A DNA stretch of 64,000 nt from an uncultured Nitrososphaerota archaeon (GTDB lineage: Archaea > Thermoproteota > Nitrososphaeria > Nitrososphaerales > Gagatemarchaeaceae). Below, one piece after another: positions 57,408 to 64,000 of the stretch (positions are counted from its first letter, which is position 1; each line of letters opens with the position of its first letter). Both the position numbers and the translations under genes were made by a program. The notes below the pieces were generated by a model that made no database searches, was not told the origin of the DNA, and was given only the letters and a program-made list of their open reading frames with translations. The stretch is taken from positions 1,056,001 to 1,120,000 of the forward strand of contig OY969807.1 in NCBI GenBank assembly GCA_963703285.1, given 5' to 3'.

Positions 57408-58463
57408 CTAGCTGCGCCGGACTCCGATCTCCTTCAGGAATTTCTTGTACTCTGGGGGCGTCATCCAGAAGGCGGGCAGTCTCAGGTGCTGGAGTATCTC
57501 TTTCTCCGTCTGCCCCATACGTCTCGCCTCCTTCACCATGTCTGAATATGCTCGGAGCATGAAGGGGCTGCCCCACAGCCCTCGCTCTCCTCCTAGAGAC
57601 TTGCCAGAGCCGGAGATGCCCTTCAGCAGGCTCAGGCTGAAGAAGACGTCGAGGTAGATTGACGCGACTCTTCCCGTCCGGAAGTAGTCGTTCGCGACGA
57701 GGAGGTGACCGTCCTCCTCGCTGGGGAAAATTGAAGGGAAGGGGCTGTCGATGAACTCGACCCTGAGTTTTCCGATCAGGTCCTCACAAGAGTCTCCGAG
57801 GAGTTCCCTCACCGCCGGGGCCCTCTCGAACCCGAGGAAGTAGACCGTGAACGGGTGGAGCGAGGGAGAGGTGTCCCTCCTGATCTTGACCGGGAGCTTC
57901 TTTACGCGCCGTGCGGGGGGTGACCTTCCCAGCTTCATCTCCTTCAGGAAGCTGCGCCAGACCTTGGGAGGCGCCTCACCCATCTTGAGGTACTCTAGTA
58001 TCTCCTCGGGCGCCATGCCGATGCGCTCGGCCTCCCTGACCGTGTGTTCGTACGCGGGGACCTCTATGGGACTCGCGTAGTAAAGACCCCTGTCCTTCAT
58101 GAACTTCATGTGCTCGGCGTGGAAGTACTTCTTGTCCGACAACCACTGGTTGATGTGGAAGAGTTCGTGCACGACGTCGAGGTAGAGCGTCCTGGTGGGG
58201 CCGGTTTTGAGGTGGTAGCTGCCGACGGCGATGTTGCCGTCGTCGTCCCTAATGCCCATGTACATCCCCCTGTTCGGTATGAACCCTATCCGCAACCTCC
58301 CAAGCACCTCCTCGGTCCTATCGCCGAAAACCGAACGGACCGCACCGACCTTCTCGAACCCCTGGAAGTAATCCTGGAAGGGGTGGAGCAAGGGCGCCGG
58401 GGACCTTCTGTTCAGCCTCACGGCGAGACGGCGACGACGGTCGTTCTGGCTCACGTCTGGCAT
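57408..58463 (-). CDS. Protein of two tandem zincin-like repeats (HExxH only in the first)
   Basis: LHPFQDYFQGFEK versus LHPFTVYFLGFER; HELFH and a downstream E in repeat 1. Confidence 0.75.
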   Translation of the reverse strand: MPDVSQNDRRRRLAVRLNRRSPAPLLHPFQDYFQGFEKVGAVRSVFGDRTEEVLGRLRIGFIPNRGMYMGIRDDDGNIAVGSYHLKTGPTRTLYLDVVHELFHINQWLSDKKYFHAEHMKFMKDRGLYYASPIEVPAYEHTVREAERIGMAPEEILEYLKMGEAPPKVWRSFLKEMKLGRSPPARRVKKLPVKIRRDTSPSLHPFTVYFLGFERAPAVRELLGDSCEDLIGKLRVEFIDSPFPSIFPSEEDGHLLVANDYFRTGRVASIYLDVFFSLSLLKGISGSGKSLGGERGLWGSPFMLRAYSDMVKEARRMGQTEKEILQHLRLPAFWMTPPEYKKFLKEIGVRRS

Positions 58464-58514
58464 TCTGGCGATTCAGGCTCTAATAAGCGTGAGGGGGTTC
58501 AAAAATGATAGGCT

Positions 58515-59159
58515 TCAGGAGACCTTGAAGTAGGCGGTGACTAGCTGACCCCAGCCGTCGGCTGCGACGACAGTGTACAGTCCGGGTGGCAGGGGCTGCA
58601 GGCTTGCGCCATTGAGCCAGGCTTGGCTGACGTCCATGTTCAGCCCTGCCGTCAAGTCCACCGGGACAGCGCCCGGAGAGGCCGGCCCGGTGAAGTTGTC
58701 GCTCTCAGGTTGAAACACGTAGTAGGCGAGGTCACCTTCCTCGACTGCACAGACGTGCATACTCGGCCCCTGCAGGTTCAGGGCGGTCCCCGAAGTGTAG
58801 TTCTCGAGCGAGTAGCGCCCCTGAAGCAGCTCGACGGAGATCGGAGCCAGGCTGCAGATTGGGCCGCGGGCCACTCCGCCGTACTCGCCCAGTCCCGTGA
58901 CGTTGTTCGTCCTGGCCAGGATGTTCGTGACGGTCACGATCGCCCCGAAGGCCGTCCCCGACGGTCCCTCCCCCGGCGTGATGACGAGGCTCAGCCTGAG
59001 CCCCAGGGTCGAGTTGGTCGCCGTCCCGGTCGTGCCCCAGCTCTGGCCCGGAGCTGAGGCGAGGGCCAACTCCACCGTCCCGATGCCAACTATCACCATC
59101 GCGACCACGGCCACGAAGACAGTCGCGCTGGCGCCCTGGCGAGGCTCGTCCGTCTGCAT
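58515..59159 (-). CDS. Secreted or membrane-anchored hypothetical protein
   Basis: N-terminal hydrophobic helix; PGLYTVVAADGWGQ C-terminus. Confidence 0.7.
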   Translation of the reverse strand: MQTDEPRQGASATVFVAVVAMVIVGIGTVELALASAPGQSWGTTGTATNSTLGLRLSLVITPGEGPSGTAFGAIVTVTNILARTNNVTGLGEYGGVARGPICSLAPISVELLQGRYSLENYTSGTALNLQGPSMHVCAVEEGDLAYYVFQPESDNFTGPASPGAVPVDLTAGLNMDVSQAWLNGASLQPLPPGLYTVVAADGWGQLVTAYFKVS

Positions 59160-59352
59160 GGCGTCGCGGTGGAGCGACGACGCAGATAATCCCAGGCTTT
59201 AGAACAGCCACGCGACCCTCGTCCCGGCGCTCGAGGCCTCCGAGAGGTGGCATTCATCTGGTTTGAACGCCCGAACCGGAGCCGTTCTGGTCTCCGGACG
59301 GTTGTTCTGAAGCTTAGGATTATCCCTGCTCGTAGGCATCCATCAAGCGATA

Positions 59353-60165
59353 ATGATGCAAAGCACAGCTCACAGCCAAAGAAGAAGAACGATACTGGTG
59401 GCAGGGGCGATCTTGGCGCTCGCCGTCCTGTCCGTCCAGAGCTACGGACTCATCGCTGGTCTGGGGTCGGATTCGGTCGGGATTCACGCCGCAAGCGCGA
59501 GCACGGACCCACAGACCAACAGCACTGTCACGGTCTCGGGCACCGGCGCCGTCGAAATCCAGCCCGACATAGCCATCATAACCATCGGGGTCACCACCCA
59601 AGACACATCGGCCCAGACCGCAGCGCAGGAGAACGCGGTCACGATGAACAACGTCATAGCCGCCCTCGGGGCGATTGGCATCAACCAGAGCAGCATCCAG
59701 ACGACCTCGTACAGCATCAACCCAGAGACCAACTACAACGGCAACGATGGTGTGACCACCATAGCCGGATACCAGGTGACGAACGAGGTCCAGGTCACCA
59801 TCCAAGTGTCTGGCTCCTCGCTGTCGGCCCTCGGCGCTAAGGTGGGTCAGGCGATCGACGCGGCAGCAGGCTCGGGAGCCAACGAGATCTCCGGGATCGA
59901 GTTCACCGCGACGAACACAGCCATCCAGCAGGCAACCAACGAAGCTCTCCAGCTAGCGGTCCAGGACGCAGCCGGCCAGGCCAAGGTCGTCGCGCAGGCC
60001 CTAGGCGAGACTGTGGTCGGAGCCGTCTCCGTGGATGCGATCCCAAGCTACCAGGCGCCGTACGTCGTCAATGCTGGCACCGAAAGTGCTGTGTCAACAC
60101 CTGTGGTCCCGCCCCAGTCCCTACAGATCACAGCCTCTGTCCAAGCCGTCTACTCGATAAGCTGA
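59353..60165 (+). CDS. SIMPL (DUF541) domain protein
   Basis: TVTVSGTG..PDIA, IQTTSYSINP and GANEISGIEF. Confidence 0.9.
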   Translation: MMQSTAHSQRRRTILVAGAILALAVLSVQSYGLIAGLGSDSVGIHAASASTDPQTNSTVTVSGTGAVEIQPDIAIITIGVTTQDTSAQTAAQENAVTMNNVIAALGAIGINQSSIQTTSYSINPETNYNGNDGVTTIAGYQVTNEVQVTIQVSGSSLSALGAKVGQAIDAAAGSGANEISGIEFTATNTAIQQATNEALQLAVQDAAGQAKVVAQALGETVVGAVSVDAIPSYQAPYVVNAGTESAVSTPVVPPQSLQITASVQAVYSIS

Positions 60166-60197
60166 GCACCCGCGCCCCAAATGCCGGCCGTTGGGCT

Positions 60198-60503
60198 CTA
60201 GCGGTGGAAGGCCTTCGTATCGGCCGCGCCTTCCAGGACCTCCACCGATTCCTCCTGCCACTTGTGATGGCAGTGTACGCATTCGAAGGTGGTCTCGAAC
60301 GTCTCCGTCTCCACAGGAACCTCTGTCTCGATCGGTGATGGGGTGGGGTTCTGGAGACTGCCGTCGGCTACCAGACCGGCCCTCTCGGCCGCCTGCTCCA
60401 GGACGACGCGCTCGGTGTGGTGCTCGGTGTTCACGAGCTCTTTCCCCTTCTTCTCGACCGAGAAGCGCTTCCCGCATTTGGGACATTTCTTCAGCAGCTT
60501 CAA
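60198..60503 (-). CDS. Small protein with split CxxC...CxxC zinc ribbon
   Basis: CPKCGKRF...FECVHCHHKW. Confidence 0.75.
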   Translation of the reverse strand: MKLLKKCPKCGKRFSVEKKGKELVNTEHHTERVVLEQAAERAGLVADGSLQNPTPSPIETEVPVETETFETTFECVHCHHKWQEESVEVLEGAADTKAFHR

Positions 60504-60594
60504 GGTTGCTATCCATGCCTTCTCGGTTCCGCCCCCGTTATAACCAAGATGGTCGTCTCGGGACGCCAGGACAGTAAGCGGCCGCAGGCTCTGC

Positions 60595-61014
60595 CTAGAG
60601 AGCCCTCATCCTGTTGTTCTTCGGGTTGTGCTCGACCTCGGCGAGGCCGTTCGCCTCGAGGACGGGCGGGACGTACATCGCGAACCTCCCTCGGAGCCCC
60701 TTCTTCGTTCCGTACCACCCGCCGACGGGGTTCGAGGGCGAACGCCCCCACGCCTCGACGGTGCCTTCCGCGGCGGGCTTCATCTCGTCAGCGCTTCCGA
60801 GGAGCATCCAGTCGCCTCGCTTCTTGAGCATCTCGTGAAGATCGTCGATCGCCCGGAGATGGTAGCGGAGCTGCGTCTTCCCGACCTGGACGACGAGGGT
60901 AGGAGGGTTGCTCGTCTCGTCCCTGTAGGCCTCGAACTCTGAGGTCCCGGGCGGTGTCTTCAGAATCCAGGGTGAAGCCTTCGTGCCTTTGCCCTTCACG
61001 GTTTCCTTTGGCAT
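60595..61014 (-). CDS. Conserved hypothetical protein
   Basis: PWILKTPPG, LGSADE.KPA..GTVEAWGRS..NPVGGWYG..KGLRGRF; host-like codon usage. Confidence 0.8.
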   Translation of the reverse strand: MPKETVKGKGTKASPWILKTPPGTSEFEAYRDETSNPPTLVVQVGKTQLRYHLRAIDDLHEMLKKRGDWMLLGSADEMKPAAEGTVEAWGRSPSNPVGGWYGTKKGLRGRFAMYVPPVLEANGLAEVEHNPKNNRMRAL

Positions 61015-61283
61015 TTATCTCTGGAATCCCACCCACGGGATATAACGTCTCCGACCTCCGTTTGACCCTCAGTTGCTAATTCTGGGCCCGATCGCGCTCC
61101 ACGATTTCGTCCTAGAACGGGGTGGAGAAGCGGACTGGTGAAACCGGGGTTTTCATGGAGTGTTGCGCGCTGCTTGATCGCCGGGTCCCCGACCCTGCCA
61201 TGGCTACCGTTGGTCCGAGCTTGAAGCAAGGGGTGACCGTGGGCTGCTAGCGAAGTCTCCTTCGGCACAGTGGGGCGGGTCTT

Positions 61284-62168
61284 CTAAGGCGTCTCGGCGG
61301 TCTCGGCGAGGGGCTGCGGAGCGCTCCCTGTCCCTCGTTCCGCTGCGTCGCCGACCACGTGAGTCTTCTCGGGCTTCTCGAGGAGGTGCTGGAGCCGCAG
61401 TGGACCGAGAGTGCCTCCCCTTCGCGCGTGGATCACCTCGGCCATTATGCTCACGGCAATCTCGGCAGGAGATATCGCGCCTATGTCTAGGCCCACGGGG
61501 GCGTAGACCTTGAGAATCCTCTCGACTGGTACGCCCTGATCCTTGAGCTGCTTGAAGGTGCTGTTCACCCTGTTCTTGCTGCCAATCATCCCGATGTACC
61601 TCGCGTTCGAGTCGATGACGGCTGAAAGAGCCTCGAAGTCGTACCGGTGGTCGGTCAGCATCAGTATGCTGTCGAACTGGTTGATCGGTATCTCCTTGAT
61701 CTTGTGCAGGATACCCTGGGTGTATACCTCGCACCCGGGAAAGACCTCTTTGTCGGCGAAAGGGTCGAGCACTATCACGTCGTAGTCGAGCATCTTGGCG
61801 ATCTGGCAGACCGCTCTTGCGACCCACCCCGAGCCGAAGACTATCAGCCTCTCACGCGGTTCAATAAGTTGCATCATCATCTTCATCTTGCCCCCGCAGG
61901 ACATCCCGATCCCCGACCAGCTGTTGTCCCCGAGATTGAACTCCTCAATCCTTGTCTTGCCGTCCTCGAACACCCTCCTGGCGGCCTTGACGACATACCT
62001 CTCAATGCAGCCGCCTCCGATGGTCCCGCACGTGGGTCCGTCCTGGAGAATCGCCATCTGCGCCCCGCCTCCCTGCGGGGCAGAGCCCTCAGCGTCGATT
62101 ACGGTCGCGATGACGATCTTGTTCCCCTCGGCCAGCTTCCTTCCAACGAAACTGTAGAACTCATCCAT
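61284..62168 (-). CDS. xdhC: XdhC/CoxI family molybdenum-hydroxylase maturation factor
   Basis: GSAPQ, GTIGGGCIE, GMSCGG, YIGMIGSKNR and APVGLDIGAISPAEIAVSI. Confidence 0.92.
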   Translation of the reverse strand: MDEFYSFVGRKLAEGNKIVIATVIDAEGSAPQGGGAQMAILQDGPTCGTIGGGCIERYVVKAARRVFEDGKTRIEEFNLGDNSWSGIGMSCGGKMKMMMQLIEPRERLIVFGSGWVARAVCQIAKMLDYDVIVLDPFADKEVFPGCEVYTQGILHKIKEIPINQFDSILMLTDHRYDFEALSAVIDSNARYIGMIGSKNRVNSTFKQLKDQGVPVERILKVYAPVGLDIGAISPAEIAVSIMAEVIHARRGGTLGPLRLQHLLEKPEKTHVVGDAAERGTGSAPQPLAETAETP

Positions 62169-62197
62169 GGCTGTTCCACCACTCTCGACGCGGCGGC

Positions 62198-62554
62198 CTA
62201 GTCCCACCTTGCGCCGCAGGGACCGATCACGGGCATCGGCTTCTCCACCCTGACCTCTGGCGACTTCTTGACAAAGATGTGGAAGTCGGGACCGTCTTCG
62301 TAGGACCTGGAGACCTCCTGCCCGTGGTTCCAGCAGTACTTCAGGACGTTCTCCTTGGAGACGTGCTCGTTGACTATCACTTCAAGCGTCTGGCTTAGCT
62401 GAGCGTCGGACAGCGCCTTCTTGACCATGAGAATCGGCTTGGGGCAGAGCTGGTCTCTGCAGTCTACGACGTTCGCCACCTTCCCCTCAGGTCCTGTGGA
62501 TACCGCCGAGGACGCCGCGGGCTCGACTGTTTGCAGCGAAATCGTCTTCTCCAT
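62198..62554 (-). CDS. TusA/SirA family sulfur carrier
   Basis: VDCRDQLCPKPIL CPxP motif; extra C-terminal PCG. Confidence 0.85.
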   Translation of the reverse strand: MEKTISLQTVEPAASSAVSTGPEGKVANVVDCRDQLCPKPILMVKKALSDAQLSQTLEVIVNEHVSKENVLKYCWNHGQEVSRSYEDGPDFHIFVKKSPEVRVEKPMPVIGPCGARWD

Positions 62555-62632
62555 AACCGGAACGAGCGGCAAGTCCGATATTTATGGGAAGCGGTATAGC
62601 TTACCCACCGCCGCACCGCCCGTGGCGGACGG

Positions 62633-63505
62633 TCACCACTCGTCCAGGGCCTTCTTCAGAGCTTCCTCTATGTGGTCGACGATCTCGAAGACCTTCGTGG
62701 CGGGCGTGGGGTGGCTCAGCTCTCCCGCGAGTCGGTTCGCCTTCGACGCTATCAGGCAGGCCCTCACCGGTTCTAACCCTCCCGCCACCAGCGCGGAGAC
62801 GATTCCGGTTATCGTGTCTCCCGTCCCCCCGATGGGCTCCAGGACGGGAATGTTCGGCTCTGAGACCGTGTGGACTATCTTGCCGCTGTCGACTATGAAG
62901 TCAGTGGGGCCCTTCACCAGGAGATAGCGAGGGGAGTTCTTCTCGGAGTAGGCCTGGGAGATCAGTCTCGGGACATCGGTCGTGTCGACCTCGAAGAGCG
63001 CTGCCTTGACGTAGGCGGGGTGCCCGGCATCCGAGTCGGCGAGGAAGGAGATCTCCCCTGCGTCGGGCGTGAAGAGGTCGAACTTCTCGCAGACCCTCGT
63101 CGCCTTGGCGATCAGGAGCGCGCCAGCGTCGGCTATCATGAAGGGCTTCTTCGCCCAGTAGTCCGACATCTCGACGAAGGAGAGGAACTCGTTCCTCAGC
63201 GGCAGGATGTAGTGGAGCGTCACCGTCGAGGGGCCGAGGCCCCCCGCATCCTCGGTGAGGAACTTGTAGACGAGCTTCGAGCCCGCTCCCTCGCCAAGGT
63301 CCCCGGCGACGACGCTCATGGGAGGCTCGGTGCCCAGCGCCTGGGTGGTCTTCAGGGCGGCGGCCATCATCGCCGTTGCCCCGATGGAGAGCATCTCCTT
63401 CGGCACCTCCATCTCGCCGATGTGCATGGTCTCGCCGTCGTACTTCACCTGCCCCACCGTGACGGATTCGGTCGTAAGGGGGAGAGTCCCGGAAAGCAGG
63501 AGCAT
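62633..63505 (-). CDS. Ribokinase-fold (PfkB / NAD(P)HX-dehydratase-like) protein of unknown function
   Basis: IADAGA, FTPDAGEI.FLAD..HPAY, LLVKG..D and IGGTGDTITG anion-hole motif. Confidence 0.8.
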   Translation of the reverse strand: MLLLSGTLPLTTESVTVGQVKYDGETMHIGEMEVPKEMLSIGATAMMAAALKTTQALGTEPPMSVVAGDLGEGAGSKLVYKFLTEDAGGLGPSTVTLHYILPLRNEFLSFVEMSDYWAKKPFMIADAGALLIAKATRVCEKFDLFTPDAGEISFLADSDAGHPAYVKAALFEVDTTDVPRLISQAYSEKNSPRYLLVKGPTDFIVDSGKIVHTVSEPNIPVLEPIGGTGDTITGIVSALVAGGLEPVRACLIASKANRLAGELSHPTPATKVFEIVDHIEEALKKALDEW

Positions 63506-64000
63506 CTACTTACCCTTCCACTGCTTCAGCGCGACCTCGTAGGCCTTCTGGAGGGTGTAGGCGCAGAGCGTGAAGCCGATCTGGGCAGGCGCGACGGTGT
63601 CCTCGAGCGTCTTCCCGACCATCTTGACGGCGAGCAGCGGGATGTCCGGGCACCCGCCGCCCGAGACGTTCACGACCGTTCCCGTCTTCTTCTCGTAGGT
63701 CAGCTTCATGTTCCCGACCCTGACCATCATGTAGTCGCCGAAGTCCACCCGCTTGACGAGCTTGCTGATCTGCAGCTCCGGGAGGTCGCCGGTGAACTTG
63801 AAGATGACGTCAAAGACGTTGATCCCCTGCACCCTGAGGATCTCCTCGGCCGCCATAGCCTCGCTGGTGGGGACGGAGACCGAGAGGTCGCAGCCCGTCC
63901 TCACGTCCGGCGGAGGGGAACCCGAGCGGGTGTGGAACCCGGCGCTGATGAGCATGTCCTCGGCCCTCATGCCGTCCCTGAAGTGCTCGAAGAGGAAGAC
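63506..64000 (-). CDS. DUF3343 (putative Se/S carrier) domain protein, 5'-truncated
   Basis: F.H....MRAE..L..AG...PPPDVRTGCDL plus C-terminal NVSGGGCPDIP and GFTLCAY. Confidence 0.78.
   Translation of the reverse strand, partial: VFLFEHFRDGMRAEDMLISAGFHTRSGSPPPDVRTGCDLSVSVPTSEAMAAEEILRVQGINVFDVIFKFTGDLPELQISKLVKRVDFGDYMMVRVGNMKLTYEKKTGTVVNVSGGGCPDIPLLAVKMVGKTLEDTVAPAQIGFTLCAYTLQKAYEVALKQWKGK

Noticed and set aside
61245-61275. GCCGAAGGAGACTTCG hairpin after xdhC as an archaeal SECIS
   Set aside because: The lower stem does not close around a GAA/A bulge, and none of the cluster genes has an in-frame TGA.
61020-61280. 260-nt gap as RNase P or SRP RNA, or the 90-aa ORF
   Set aside because: No GAGGAAAGTCC/CAGAA or SRP helix-8 signature on either strand, and the ORF has no recognisable motif; left unexplained.
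1-64000. CRISPR arrays, IS elements, integrases, rRNA
   Set aside because: No regularly spaced repeats, transposase or integrase motifs, duplicated tRNA 3' ends or rRNA signatures were noticed by eye.

Overview
GC-rich archaeal chromosome segment. The aIF-1A N-terminus (MGKRKVLNE), an arcadin-1 homologue, archaeal Hsp20/Phr-type genes and tRNAs with bulge-helix-bulge (BHB) introns suggest a Nitrososphaerota (Thaumarchaeota) relative, probably non-ammonia-oxidising; this is inference. About 65 real CDSs are present. Metabolic genes include sdhACDB beside a PhoU/AbrB regulator and isocitrate lyase, class II HMG-CoA reductase, aguBA, a preQ0 cluster (FolE2/MptA-like, QueC, QueD with an extra N-terminal domain) and cysteine synthase. 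Other genes include DEAD-box helicase and aIF-1A, heat-shock genes, and ABC/MFS/APC transporters. All four tRNA genes carry introns (six in total, five at non-canonical positions). The most interesting loci are: a DUF3343 / ribokinase-fold / TusA / XdhC chalcogen-relay cluster at the right edge; an arcadin gene pair without crenactin; a SAMP/MoaD plus beta-propeller pair; the unusual QueD/QueC architecture; and a nested inverted-repeat element at about 30.9-31.05 kb. Several genes have single-base frameshifts in homopolymers (likely long-read errors), and several are true remnants. No CRISPR array, rRNA, transposase or integrase was seen. All family assignments come from motif recognition by eye, not from database searches.
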